A stretch of 64,000 nt of DNA from Antedon mediterranea (GCF_964355755.1 NC_092672.1:6572001-6636000); one strand, 5' to 3'. Positions 15,001-29,013 are shown, counted from the first letter of the stretch. Numbers and translations: made by a program. Notes: generated from the sequence alone by a model not told the origin.

Positions 15001-18000
15001 TACTAGGGTTTTTTATAATTCCTTTATTATAACTTCTTGCTTTATATGCTGGTTTTTTAGTCTTAGGGGCAAAGAGAGAAACCCACTACTAAGAATTGTT
15101 AACTTAAGTTCTAAATTAATAGGTTGTCAACTTCGTAGGTTATCTTCTTTCTTGACATGCAAACTCTATAAAAAAGTAGAGCTATTCTAAAAAATGTTAA
15201 CCATGCCTTGTTCAGTGATTGCGAGCTCATGCCTCATGGGCGGCGCTTTCGATGCCCGGCATGTAGAACAAATCGGATAAGAAATTTGTTTTTGCCAGTG
15301 GCCATCCGACTCTTAAATTCTTGAACTTTGACTCTTGTTATATTGTACTGTGTATTGAAATATTTTGTAAGATCATTTTAATCCAGACCTTTTTATTTAT
15401 ATTGCCCCATGTGGGATTATTAAAGAATTTTGAATTGAATTGTCTGCATGTCTCCAATATCAGTAAAAAACTTAAATAATAAATTGTTAGAAAGTGGGCA
15501 AACCTTGGTTACTCTCATGATTGGCTTCTCCTGATGCTGTCGGGAGTCGCTGTCCTGTTTCTGAGGGTTTTGCAAGAAGATTCCTCTTCAGTAGGCCGGG
15601 TAGGATGCTCTCCACATGCTCTCGCCACACTTCATACTTCTTGTCCTCATACTCTTTCATCTGCTTAGCAACTCCAAGGTATTTACTTCTGGCCTAGGAA
15701 TGTCAATTAGGAAAAAGAACATTAACTATCACTAAATTACAAAAATCCCTTCTAGCTTAAGCTTGGTTGTTATTGGATGCAATGTGTGGGTGTACAGTAG
15801 TTGACCATTCACACACAATTCGGATGATCCATTGTGTCAAGATTGGTAAAATTATTTGTGTATGTCCTTGTGGGAACAGTGCTTTAAGATCTAATCATAA
15901 TAAGACATAAGAAAGCAATACTCACTGCTTTGCCATATTCACTGGCCATCATCTCTTCCATTGACTGAAAGCGTATAATGGTGTGCTTGATACGATAAAA
16001 CAACGACCTTTCCCAGGCTATAGCTCCAGCAACTGGAGGTTGATTCTTGGAGACTGGTGGATTGTTATTATGTTCTTTGAACAGGGCATGGACCATATCC
16101 ACCTTAAAAAATAAAAAAATATATTATTATCCCACTATAATATTTGAAATGACATGGGCTGACACATTCAAAGATCAATCAAGAAGAGAGTAGTAGTAGC
16201 AGTACTAGGATTCGTAACTTGGCTCCAGTGAGTATATCATTTCTATCAAACAATACAAGTTTAAAATTAAGGATTAGCAAAATCTCACAGAAACCACTTT
16301 ACCTCTTTGCCATATTGTAATAATATGTCATTGAATTTCTTCATCATTTGTGAGTTGATTGCATCTCTTGATCGAATGTGTTGAAAGTTGAGCAGCATAT
16401 CAAAAGCGCCCTCTGCAGAGCGTAGAGTCTTGAAAGACTCATTGATAAAATGTTTGGCTTCATCTTCTATAGCGCCAACCTCTTTGTCGAACCAGTCCAT
16501 CACTTTACGCCACTTGCCTGGTTCATCAAGACTAAAAGGATTGAAGCTAACCTAAAGAGGATAGTATTAGATTCTTAAATATAGAGATTTTGTGACAAAA
16601 TAACATGAATAATAAGAAATAGATAGGAATTACGTTGAAATTGGAAGAAATCAACATGCTGGGACTCTGGGAAAACAGTCTTAGATTGAAGAGGCTACCC
16701 AGTATAAAGAATAAATAAATAAAGAAAAAATCACTGTATGCTAAAACAACTCACTTCTTCAAGCGGTTCAACCAATCCATCAACTCTTTTCAGGACATCT
16801 TCAATTCGTTTAGGGTCTCCAGTAACAGACTTCAATTCTGGGCCAAAAATGTTGTAAAACTCTTCTAGCACCTAAAAACCAATATAATGTAAGTGAATAT
16901 CAACGAAGCATAGCTCAACAGGAAATAAAAGAATCAAATCGTCATTTAGTACTACACTGTGTAAAATAAACCAGAGTAATTCATCTGTGCTTTAAATGAA
17001 TGTATGATGAAGGTAATCTTAAAAAGAGGCACAGTGAGATCTACAAATTATCGAAAAAAATTCAGATAAAGGCAACACCTACTTGGGCAACATTGTAGAT
17101 GTCTTCACATATTGTAGCCATGTAGTCAGTTCTTTCAAACAGCCTCTTACGATCAAACTCCCATCTGGAGTCTCGTCCTGATGCTTCAATCTTCTGACGT
17201 ACTTCAAAGTAGGACTGTTTCCACAACTCTAAGGTTTTCTTAGCTTCAAAGGTTTTGGCTTTAATTTGTATAGGTGTCTCTCTATTATAACATTAAAAAA
17301 ATTACTTCAGTAAAACCCTCAATTGAGACATCCCTATTATGTCAAGACACTAAAGGTAGAATATAAATTTAACACTACAGAAAAACCCATATTCACTCCT
17401 TTTTTTGGGTCCCCTTATTAGAGGTTTTATTTACTGTATTTCATTATTTCTATGATCATTCTTAAAAAAAAAAATACAGTACTGATTGGCCAGAAGGGTG
17501 CCCTGGAACAAATTGGTTTCTCATTGTATTATCATGAACTTACTTGAAAATGGTTCTAATATTGATAACTTTGGCAACTCTCTCAGCCAACTCCCAAGCA
17601 ATTCGCTCCATCAGTGGTATCATCCTCTCGTCCCGATTGTAATGCCTTGAGATGATCCAGACCATCCGCAACGCATTCATCATTGGTGGAATTGTGTCAA
17701 GAACAATCTGAAATCCAGCCCCATGTGTGATGTTCTTGAAATGTCTTTCTAAAGTGCTCAGGAACCGTACGTTATCTTTTGCTTCCACGTAGTATTTATT
17801 GAGATCTGATCGATGACCTTCAAAGGTCTGCAGGACATGGTTTTCACCTTGAGTGTCTTTAATCTGTAAAATTTCAAGCATTTTTTTTACAGGTCCGAGC
17901 TTAAGCTGTTCTGACAGAGCACTGAGACCAGCATTCCTTTCTCTCCAGAAATCAATTTCAGCTAGAGGTCCATTTCCTTGTGGTGTCTTCTTCTGCTGAA

Positions 18001-20285
18001 CTTCAAGAGCTGCTGAAATCTGTTTATTCCACTTAACAGCTGTGTTCTGCACCTGTGCAACCAGGTCATCATTTTTAACAAGTTCATTAGCATCGCCCTC
18101 TATAGGTAGATCTGGTATATCTAATCGAACTTCACCATCTATCTGTTGAATTGTACGTGATATGTGAGTTGCAAACTTCTGCATATTAATCAGGAATTCA
18201 TCTCTCAGAAGTGCTCGTTGGTGAGATTCAAGAACATTCATCTGCTTTGGAAGGTCGCTGGATTCGGACTCGGAATCGTTATTTGAGGCAGAAGAAAGTG
18301 CAGCCTGTTGTTCTGCAGTTGTTGGAGCTTCATTTTGTTTGTGCGAATTGAACGACAGAAGTGGAATATATACCTAAAAGAAAAAATATAATGTAAAAAG
18401 GACGTAACGCAACGCAAGCGTGTTAACCTATGACAAGCGACAGTTCGAATAATCCATCGCTTGTGATTGGTCAATTCACTTACGTTAATGCATTATTCTA
18501 GTTCTTTTATTTCTACCTGCAGTATAAATACAACATGAGTACATGATACTCAGAAAGAGTTCCATATTTTATTTTTTCTTCTGAATATAAAACATACACA
18601 AATTAGTGTCAAAATTAGAAATATCACCTGGCTAATAATTTGTTCCATCATCACAAGCGAGTTTCCATTGAGGACACCAATTTCGAAGAACATGGGCAGC
18701 ATTTCGCTGGCTTCACTGATAGTGGCAGGTAGCTCTACCATACCTGGAGTATTGCGTAGGAAGTAAACAGACTCCTGCTCGGTTGCAGCATCAGGAACAT
18801 GGCCATGAGAAAGATGCAACAGTGTGCGGTAAAACATCTTTTTTACAATTCTCTGAAGGTTGAAAGAAACTTGTTTAGTACATATATCAACTTTATTAAA
18901 ACCAGCAAATTCTTAAGGTCCCAAATTCTTTCTTTCATTTCTAACACCATTTTGAGAAAGCAATGATGTGTCTGGTTTTAGGATAGTTGAACACAATAAT
19001 TAAAACAAGATGACTATTTATGACATTTTGATGGACTTGAACTGGTCAAAATCAAATAAATTGAAGCTACTCGGCTCATGTTACTAACCATTTGAGGAAC
19101 TTTCTCAACTGGTTCAGAAAACACACCATCAGCATCCTCTTCCCCGGTGATAGCTGGTTGATCGTTGCTGGTAACTGGTCTAGATTCATCAGCTTTTTCT
19201 GGCTCAGCTTCTTCTGCCTTGGCTTCTTCTGCTTTAGCACCTTTCTTTTTCTTCTTCTTTTTTTCTAATGAAAAAATGGTTTGATATATTAAACAATGTC
19301 TGGTTTATGATGAAACTTGTCAGCTTCTGCCTTGGTTGGGTATTTATTGCTGTTTATCACTATAAACTATCTTTCAATCATGGTATAAAGTGGATACAAT
19401 TGTTTATATGACTTTTTTTTTCCAAAAATGCTTTGTGAACTGTTGATCAAGGGGTGTCTGTAGATATTTAAACTGTAGTGTCAATCTTGATGGGGAACAT
19501 TATTATCATATATGAGTATCTGTAGCAGCAAGGGATTATTATACAGTAGTAGACCCTATAGAATTTGGAAAAAAATTAGGTGGGATTATAATATGATTGC
19601 ATTTCTTTGGTGAATGTGACATACTTTTGCCTTTTTCATCAGCTGGAGTGTCTGATGTTTCTGGTGCTGGAATTTCAGCGCCCTCAAGAGCTGGTGTAGA
19701 ACCCCCTGCCGTTTCTGCATCATCCCCATCTACAGTAGTTCCATCTGGTATGTCAATTTCTGAAGGTTCTAAAAAAGTGAATTAATATGGAAACATTTAA
19801 AATCAAATAAAAAAAAAATATAATTTAAATTAATTAATTGCAGTGTACTCGACCTTTGTTTTTCCAATCCAATTGAAAGTAATTTTATTATTTATTTGTA
19901 ATTATTTATTAATAATTTGATCTTCAAATTCCCACCAACTTTTTATGCATTTATTTTACAAACACACACACAGTCAGGCATTGCTTTTGCTGGCATTATC
20001 TACCACTATTATTTAAATACACATTTATCAATCATTTTTTTTTCTCTTAGACAAGATGTTATACAAACCAATTTCTTCTTCTACTTCTATTTCTTCTTCT
20101 CTGATAGTTTTGTAAAATATTGCTGCAGCTCTTCCTTCTTCTGGTGTCTCATTCAGAAACTTGGCAAGTTGCAATTCAAACTCGCCATCATCCCGGCTGA
20201 GGAGTTCCTCAAATACTTCATTATCATCGATATCTAAGGCATCATTTACCCTATCACGCATCCATTCGAATCTAACATCATCCAT
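1..20285 (-). CDS. DNAH10: Dynein axonemal heavy chain 10-like, multi-exon, 5' part only (N-terminal tail to AAA3); continues beyond position 1
   Basis: Start [23 protein letters not shown] at 20285 resembles the DNAH10 N-terminus. GT-AG exons include 20069-20285, 19625-19768, 19089-19264 and a large exon at ~17544-18372. Dynein motifs: AAA1 GPAGTGKT (~6400-6425), CFDEFNR (~6150-6170), [12 protein letters not shown] (~4065-4105), AAA2 GPTGGGKS (~3242-3266), [12 protein letters not shown] (~2840-2875), AAA3 GDTGTSKT (~1105-1128), [13 protein letters not shown] (~95-135). Confidence 0.93.
2037..2202. mobile_element. MITE family A copy, degenerate left end
   Basis: Ends GATAGTGTAAACAGAGCTT with internal CCAAATATGGTAGTGATATG-type repeats; same family as 12807, 22641, 27392, 30910 and a partial copy at ~3926-4013. 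Confidence 0.7.
4272..5522. mobile_element. Non-autonomous hAT-type DNA transposon in a DNAH10 intron
   Basis: Perfect 15-bp TIRs CAGTGGCGTATCCAG / CTGGATACGCCACTG; perfect 8-bp TSD CTCTAATA (4264-4271, 5523-5530); G/C-run subterminal motifs; no transposase ORF. Confidence 0.9.
11855..12020 (+). mobile_element. Degenerate tRNA-derived SINE (family of 28100-28345)
   Basis: A-box-like GTAGTTGAGCGGTTAAG; shares GTTCTxGTGGTAGAACAAG and TAAAGAACCxAG..CATCTTTCG with the 28100 copy. Confidence 0.55.
12807..12960. mobile_element. MITE family A copy
   Basis: TIRs AAGCcttGTCTACAtTATCAAA / TTTGATAGTGTAGACAGAGCTT; internal ~20-bp direct repeats. Confidence 0.8.
14398..14576. mobile_element. PIF/Harbinger-like MITE
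   Basis: TIRs AGCGTGGTTTCCACTAG / CTAGTGGGAACGAAGCT, long imperfect palindrome, TTA/TAA flanks; an inverted partial copy lies at ~18397-18502. Confidence 0.7.
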
Positions 20286-20957
20286 CTTGAAAAATATATA
20301 ATATTATTTGTTTCTAATTACTAAAAAATGTACAAAATGTGCTACATTTTGGCACTAGGAAGGACACTCTTCTCACCACCTGACTTGTTATTGTAGCCTT
20401 ATAACATTTTATTAATGCGCACAATAGTAAAATAAACACTGACATCATTTTGTTCAACAAACTTAATTTCGTAACATTTGCACCACTAAGAATTAAAATA
20501 ATATAACTATTGATAACTAGTTTGGTATTGTGCTGTTTTAGTTTGATATGACTGAAATTTAAAAGTACAGATCATTTTGCCCATTGATATTACTAAGATA
20601 CTTAGGTAAAAAGCCCATAATGAAAAATTATAGTTTACTACTGTCAGGACGGTTGCTAGGGGCCTAAATTACTTGATTTGCTAATAATTATTGTAATATA
20701 CTAGCAGAAGAGCACTTCTTATATATGTAAATTAATTATTATACCATTGTTAAATGTTATTTTATAGAAATTACACCAAAATATCTATCTTTTTGTAAAC
20801 TTCGGTTTCTTTTCCAATCAGTCACGGTTCATTAGGTTTGCGGTTATAGTTGAAAGGTCAATTATATCAAAACAAAGTTCATTGGAAAAAACAGTCTGGG
20901 TTGAAGAACAACAAAACAACGACAGAAAGAGAATGATGAGAGTATTATTTTCTAAAA
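20286..20957. promoter_or_regulatory. Short head-to-head interval (probable bidirectional promoter) between DNAH10 and Deltex
   Basis: Only 672 bp between divergent ATGs; RFX X-box-like half site GTTGCTAGG at 20652-20660; forkhead-like TAAACA at ~20433. Confidence 0.5.
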
Positions 20958-23900
20958 ATGGCTAACGTTATTGTTTGGGAATGGCAAACAGAAAATGATA
21001 ACTGGAAGGCTTATGATCCTCATGTTTGTAGTGCAATAGAAACATCATTTCGTACAACGAAAGCATTAAAATTAGGGGAAATCGAGCCTGCTCTCTCTGC
21101 TTATGAAGTCGATCTGTCGAGTCTACAGCAAAAACGAATCGATACAGGTATGTAGCCTAGCCTAATTGTATGAATTAAAAATGAATAAAAAACGTAGCAT
21201 AAACTCATTAACTAGGAACCGAACTTTTACAGTGATAATAATTATATTTTCAATAGGCACATGTATTTTTATATATTGTGTAGAAAGAAACATACGTGTG
21301 TGGTCAGTTTTTAATGATAAAAACATGTTGTCATTTTGTGGGACAGGAAACGATTCCTTTGTTCTCCAAAAAATCAAGGCCTACCATCATCATTATTTTT
21401 TATTGTATCCTTTGTTCATGATTCTTTATTCCTTTAATCATGGAGGAATTAATTTCTCTCATGCTTTAATTACAGAATCACAGCGATATTAACCATCAGA
21501 TAAAAGTCTACAAAACAACCAGTTGACCATATAAATAAAATAAAAATCTAAATATTTAATTTTGTTCATTGCTAAACTAACTTTTCATTTCATACTGTAG
21601 CATAGTTAGCATCAGATCGTACCAAACCTACCTCTTCTGTTTTACCATTGATCCCTGTTGATTTTGTATATTTTATTTTCCTGCGTTTGTTCCATTTTTG
21701 TATTCCATCATGATCATGTCCATCAATGTTCTATTGTCTCAGAAATGTGCACATTTTTATTAATTAAAAAAAATGTATTTATTTTATTGAAAATGTGAAT
21801 GAAAATTTTGTTAATAAAACGTGAACGTATTCATCTGGTTTAAACTTGAATGTGAAATAAAAAAAAAAAATTAAATTATTTCAACCAGTAGTTCACATTG
21901 ACACTCCTGGGTGGATGTACTGTATGAGGTTTTATTTATCATTTTTAGACGGTACATTTATATTTTTTTTATATATTTACTTTCATGCCAGTCCATTACA
22001 TAACTTATAGGTTACTGTATGAAAAGGAAGTGTAATATTTCTTCAGTAGTTAAGTAGTAGTTAAGATACAATACATTTTTATCTTTAGCAATTTCCTTCC
22101 TTATTTTACAACATTGTTATTGTACCAGTACCTGCACAAGTTGCTGGTAGCCAACCCAGGCTTGTACTAGTACTTAAGCGAAAAGGAAATGTTTACAGTA
22201 TATATATATTGCTAACTTTTCTGGCTGTTTACTTTATCGTTTTGATTTAGCTTTTCGCTTTTTTTTTTGTATCCATTGAGATCCAGCCACTGATACCCAC
22301 AGCATTGTCATTTTTTCAGTAATTTGCCTTTGGATTTATATATATATTATATAATAGTAAACTGTTCCAAAAACGAAATGAGTGAATGCCACACATTTTA
22401 ATTCAAACTATAGCCAAATATTTGTTCAGTTAAAAAGGAAAAAGGATCGATTATTATAAGTTAATATAAAATAATGCTAATTATAGAAATCATTGATTGT
22501 TGCAAACATGTTTCCTTTTTGTAGTCGAATCGCTTTATGTAACTATTTGTATTACTTTTTTGTACTTTTTTTGAAATAAAATTGATATGAATTGAATTTT
22601 TTAAATACAGTAATTTGTTACTATTTCATTATTGTCAGTTAAGCTCAGACTGTCTACACTATCAAACTTTATGTGACAAAAAATGGACATAATGATGTCA
22701 TAATGATAGTGATATGACATCATCATATATGGACATGATGATATCATATCAGTACCATATTTGGGTATATCACTGGGTACATCACACTTTTTTGTAAGTG
22801 TAGACAGAGCTTAAAATAGTATGCCATAATAGTCTAATCTCACTTGTCATCGTCGTCGTACAATAAAGCCTGTTTTCCATTAGACAATCTATTCATGCAA
22901 ATCAAAGGTGTTATCATATTCATATTTCCAACAACTGTCTACTAAAAATAAGATACAAAATAATAATAATAAACTTCCTACGTTTTTTTCAGGGACTGTT
23001 CGGACAGTAAGACAAAGTATATTTCCACCAAAGTCTGCTCCTGCCAAGAATGTTACCTGGCAGTGGTTTGACGACAGCAGTCAGAAATGGCTGCCATATG
23101 ACCTTAAATCAATGTGTATAGTTGAGGAAGAGTACTGCAGTAAGAATTATAGAATAGATTTATCAAAGACCAAATGCGCACTTCCGTATGTTGTAGACAC
23201 AGTGAACATGATTCAGACGCGCATCGATTCAGGATATCGTCGTAGAATCCGTCGTATACCGCTCACGTCGCCATACCCGATACAAGATGAACATTTTGAG
23301 GTTAGCAGTAGTGGTGTCGCTGCGGTAGATTTGTCCGAATGCGAAAATAAAGCAGATGATAGTGACGATGATGGCGATGGAGATTCAGGGGACGTTGCAA
23401 CCATAGAGCAGGTTTCAAACGATCAAACGGTTGAACAGACTCAACATAGTAGAAAGTGGAAGTCTAAACAGACGGTTGCTGCTGTCCATGGTGTGCACAA
23501 AACTCTGGCATGGTCATCACCAGAACCTACTGGTCAGCAGGATGACATTCCAGTAGAGGTCCAAGAACCCAGTAATGACAGCAAGAAGGTGCCAAGATCT
23601 ATGAGTGAACCAGGAGCTGTGGGTGGGTCAGATTTGAAAGCATCGGAGACCGATAGCATTGGTCAGTTACAGGGTCCGTCGACCTCAGGTACACGACCTA
23701 AGGTCAAAGTAGCTTCAAGTCGTAATGGTAGTAAACGTGGAATGAGCAGGTACAGTAATATTATTAAGCTTTTGATCTACGAGGAAAACATTTGATTTTT
23801 TTACCTATTTTTCATTAATTCATATAGTTATATCCAATATTTACATAATAGGAGTGTCCCCTTAATAGGATGTGTCCTTGTATGCATTGCCCAAACTTTT

Positions 23901-26900
23901 TTTTCAAAACACCATTTAATTTAACCAGAGAAATAATTTTTTCATGACTCAACTGACCATTAATTTTCATCTCTTTATAAAGTATATTTCACAGTGAGAT
24001 CATATAGAATAAAACCAAAAAATTTATATTATAAAATTTGATAAACACTCCTTTGTAGACATACTTTATGTATGCTGAATATAAACAAGGTAAAAACAAT
24101 CTTTGTATCTATAAGTGTAAACTTTACCCTTTGCAATAAATGCAAGATACATTTATCATTCAGTCAGTGACCTCTTCAACTAGGGATCATTAATAGATTT
24201 AAGAAAGGAATTACGTCAGCTGATCATGTAAAACGTCACAGTTTCTAGTAATTCGTTTAAAAAAGAATTAATTTTCCCTGGAGTGTCCTCATAAAACTAT
24301 AAAGAATTGATGATATTAATATTTTGCAATGTGACAGTTTGAATTTTAAAGTAACAAAAAAAATATGGATGCATTGCGCTAAATAATTTATGCCTACTTA
24401 GAGATGAATGAAAATTTCAGATATTGGAACTGCATTACAACTAAATTTTTTATTTTTAAGAAATGTTATATATTGAAATTTTATATAGTATACACATATT
24501 GCCAAAGCCTATAGTGTATTAATGTATAATTGTTTAGCTTCTGGGTGAAAGAGTAAAGACAAAAACAGAAGCAAACAAATTAAAAATTGTAAAAAAATTA
24601 GACTTTTTAACGAATGAAATCCCACTTTATCTACAAACTGCTGATATCTTTTGTGCCATACAACAAAACTAATTGTTTCTTTAATTCTGAATTACAATAC
24701 ATTTTAACAATCACTGTACTGAGATGTGAATATGAAAATTGGACTGTACAGAGTGGTGTCTGAAATGAGGTGTGACATTCGCAGCAACATAACTAGCTTA
24801 TAATTGATTTAAAGTTTATACATTTTTAATTACGATATAAATCATCATTAATATCAGCTTTGTGTCAACCATATTCACTTCAATATCAGAAGTATTCAAA
24901 TTACTGTGAAATTATCAAACACAGTTTTCAATATGTAGGCAATAAATTTTACTGAGACGCTTGACTTTATTCCATCAATGTTTCACATAATAACCTATGC
25001 AATTGAAATGGTGTTCTTGATAGGCATGTACTAAAAAAAGACTGATTTATGATTCTGAATAATTCTTAATATAATATAGTATTTATATTACTCATGTCTG
25101 GCTTAAAAGTAGCTGTAAAATCGAAACAGACGTGCTCAATAAAAATTTGATTATTTAGTAAATACTGTAAAAACAATAATTTTGACACTAATCTCCACCT
25201 TGCATCAAAGAGGAAGCTTTGTTAATTGCTCTTGATGTTTTGTGCTGTATACTGTGCAAAAAAAATTGTTTTGAACCCACCACCTCCATATCACTAGCCA
25301 GGCAGTCATACCACTAGACCACCTGGCTTGTGCTGATGGCTGGGGTTAGATTAAAGCCCAAAAGAGCAGCGCCAATATGACAATAATTGTTTAACTACAA
25401 TTAAATAAGGATCGAGCTAAGATAATTAGATTATTAGTTAATCATATGTTTTGCCATAATCTAATGTTATTGTACTGTATATCAGTATGGCAAAACATCT
25501 GACCAAGTGATATTCATATTCACTATCACAACCATTGTTTATCATAATCTTGTCATTTTTCATTTCATTTTTCTTATAGGTCTCAATCTATGCCAGTCAC
25601 CATCACTGCTAGAGCAGCACATGCTGCTGGGCCTCTTCTTAGCCCCGTCATGACATGTACGTCATATAATAAATATTTATTTTTGAATGTGCTTACTGTA
25701 TTTATTCAAATAAACGCCTAGATTTGAATAAACGCCTCCCTCCCTCGAATAAACGCTGCAGCCCCCCTCCCCATAGAACATCATTTCGAATAAACACCTC
25801 CCCTTTGAATAAATGCCTGGGGCCTTTATTTATTTTTTTTTGGAATAAACGCCCCGCCACATGCATTATATACACATTAATAAAAATTCTACTGCAAATA
25901 GATCTACTGTACAATTCACCAAGCATGTATTTTTTATCATTTCTCAATATTAATTGTTGCCATAGTTTTTCATATCTTTGGGGTATTTATTTGATATTAC
26001 ACCTAAAAATAAACCCCTCCACCAAATAAACGCCTCCTTCGAATAAACGCACTCCTAAAAACCCTCTTGAACAATAAACGCCCCAAGGTATTATTCTAAT
26101 AAATTATACGAAATATTATCAACTTTAAGAATACATATTCACTATAATGCAGTACAGAATTCAATGAAATTTGAATAGTGGAGAAAAGAGTAAACACCAT
26201 TTGCTTCATTCACGTTTTCTGGGTTTTGGAGACTGAATATTGATTTACAATTTCATGTTTTGTTTCCCGATGACTATGGCTAAATGAATAAAAAGGCTAA
26301 ATGAATAAAAAGGCAGGGAATGGTGTAGTAGGGGATGGCCATTGGAATTATCCCAGTATCATGGTTAGCCATAGCAAATTATCCAAAGTATGTGGGGATA
26401 CAGTATAACATAAATGACAGTCTAATGTTGACCGTGGGACTATATTTGGATCAAGCATAGTGACTTAATCAATCTGAATTTGAGGAAGGGATTATATTCG
26501 GATATTAAACTATCCACTGTCAAAAACAGTATTTATGAAGTATAGTGTTTATTTTTGCAGGCATTACCAGTATGTTAATGTCACCTGTTATACCATCTAT
26601 ACGCATCAACCATACACCTGTCCCAGTCTTCAACCCTCCACATACATCTAGAAGTGGTATAAAACCTGTACCTGGTATTAGGCCCAGCAAAAAAAGGAAA
26701 AGAAAGTCATTTTTAAAAGGTAGTAAAGTTTACTTAGTGTTAGTCTAAAATACAAATTAGGTTAAATTCTTATAGTCTACAATGTGATCTCTTCAATTAC
26801 CCAACCCCTAATAATTTTATAGAGCTAAAGTAGTAATAGCTTATTAAATAGCTTAATAATAGCTTAAATAAAGCTTCTTCTTTGTTATTTACAGTAAATT

Positions 26901-28687
26901 GCCCCAATGAGGTGGTGAAGAATTATGTAACCAAATTGAAGGAGGCACCAGATGAGGTAAAGTATAATTGGTATATTCACTTACTACTTCTAGCGACCTG
27001 GAAGTAAAAAGCAAAATACCATAATATGTCAATTTAGGGGGTACTGTAATAACATAGTTCTTTTGCATTGTAATTTTGGTCTGGTATTAGAGGCGTATTC
27101 CCTCTTCCTATGGAGGTACAGCTGTTACATTTACATTTTGTAATTTTGGTTGGTAAAAGGCCATCTATTCTGCTCTCAGGGAATAATATTTTATACTGTT
27201 ATGTATGTTTCAGAATTGTCCTATATGCGTTGGTCCTCTAAAAGAGAGCTCAGATTTTCAGGAAGACAACGAAGATGAGGCGTTGAAGTTGAAGAAATGT
27301 GGCCATATATTCCATAATAGCTGTCTACAAGCCATGTACCTAGCTGGACCTAAGGTAATGTTTGTGAATACAGGAATGAGGGAGGTGGGTAAAGCTCTGT
27401 ATACACTATCAAACTAGTTTGACAAAAAAGTGTGATGTGCCCAAATATGGTAGTGATATCACATCATCACATTTTTTTAGTCACAAAAGTTTGATAGTGT
27501 AGACAGAGTTTAAGAATAGGAAGATGGCCTCTGTTGTAGTGAAATAAAAAGTTTTCTAACAATGCAAGTAGATACCTTATATAAAGGCTTAAATCATGAC
27601 ATTATTATTGTAAAGATAAATATATTTACATGTTTGTTGTGGTTTCTAGGATGGCAGTATACAGTGCCCAACTTGCAAGACCATATATGGTGTAAAGCAT
27701 GGCAACCAGCCTCCTGGCCATATGGACTACCATGTGATACCACATTCACTACAAAGCTTTAACGATTGTAGTACAATCAGGATCATATATGAAATTCCTC
27801 CTGGAACCCAGGTAACTTGAATTTAAAAAAAAAAAAAAAATACTAAATATACTTTTTCACAATCTATAAATAAAATACAGTAATATAATAGGTATTATTA
27901 TATATCTATATTCTGTTTTATTTTTATAGGGCCCAGAACATCCGCAACCAGGTAAAAAATACACAGCCAATTTTCCCCGGCACTGTTATCTACCGGACAA
28001 TGAAATGGGACGAAAGGTAATGGTAGTGGATCATTCATTGGTACATTTGAAGTTTTTAGTGTGAAACTGAACATCTAAAAGTTTAAATGATACTGCTTGA
28101 GCGAGCGAGTGGCAGAGTGGTTAAGACAGTGAAACCTTAATACGTAGCCATAATATCGGCAATGGTTCAAGCTTCACTTGCTCCATAGTTCTGGTGGTAG
28201 AACAAGTCTTCATGGATAAGGACTATAAACCGTAGGTCCAGTGTACACAAAATGCTTGTTTGCACTTTAAAGAACCTAGAACATCTTTCGAGACGAGTAG
28301 GGGTTGCCCCGGTGTACTAGTACATCACAGCCACTAGTAGGCCTTCTAGTACATCACAGCCACTACTTAAAGTAGGCCTTCTAGTAGGCAACTCAATAGA
28401 AGAGCTTACTTCATACTGAAAGATATAATAACCCTACTATCTATCAATCTGTTTTGTTTTTTTAGATCTTAAAACTTCTGATTGTTGCATGGGACCGGAG
28501 GTTAATTTTCACAATTGGGACATCAGCAACAACTGGACAATCAAATACAGTGGTCTGGAACGAGATTCATCACAAGACAGAGTTTGGTTCAAACGTCACT
28601 GGACACGGATACCCCGATCCAAACTACTTTCAAAACATTTTAGCAGAGTTGAAGGCTCAAGGAGTCACAGAGGATTGTCTAGACTAA
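20958..28687 (+). CDS. deltex: Deltex-family E3 ubiquitin ligase (DTX1/2/4-like; 2x WWE, RING-H2, DTC), 9 exons
   Basis: Phase-consistent GT-AG exons 20958-21147, 22993-23749, 25580-25656, 26561-26719, 26895-26956, 27214-27354, 27650-27811, 27930-28016, 28466-28687. WWE motifs VIVWEWQ..WKAYD and VTWQWFD..WLPYD; [21 protein letters not shown]; DTC motifs [37 protein letters not shown]. Confidence 0.93.
22641..22812. mobile_element. MITE family A copy, opposite orientation
   Basis: AAGCTC..TGTCTACACTATCAAAC ... AGTGTAGACAGAGCTT. Confidence 0.8.
25696..26110. mobile_element. Tc1/mariner-like MITE with repeated AATAAACGCC motifs
   Basis: Begins TA|CTGTATTTATTCAAATAAACGCC; about 8-9 copies of AATAAACGC-like motif; degenerate inverted right end. 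Confidence 0.6.
27392..27511. mobile_element. MITE family A copy, internally deleted
   Basis: AAGCTCTGTATACACTATCAAAC ... GTTTGATAGTGTAGACAGAGTTT. Confidence 0.8.
28100..28345 (+). mobile_element. tRNA-derived SINE in the last Deltex intron
   Basis: A box GTGGCAGAGTGGTTAA and B-box-like GGTTCAAGC followed by a non-tRNA body; short duplication of TAGTACATCACAGCCACTA at the 3' end. Confidence 0.65.
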
Positions 28688-29013
28688 AAGAGAACAAATC
28701 TAGACATTGAGACAAGATTTGAAGGATGTCAGAGGCTAGCGTGAAGATAAACTTACTGGTGAGACTGAACCAACCAATCAAGTCTAGCCTAGTCTACACA
28801 AGGAAACTTGACAAAACTTTTGTTTGCAAATTCAGCGAAACTATGGTCCATCAGTTTGTTATTCAGCAGAATCACATGACTACAAGGATTGATTTGATTG
28901 GTTGAGTACACAAACTAGTTTAGTTCACGGTCTACTTTTCAAAACTGCTTTTCATCCACACTAGCAAACTGGAACACTTTCTTGCCAAACTTTTACTCAA
29001 GTTTGCTAGTATA

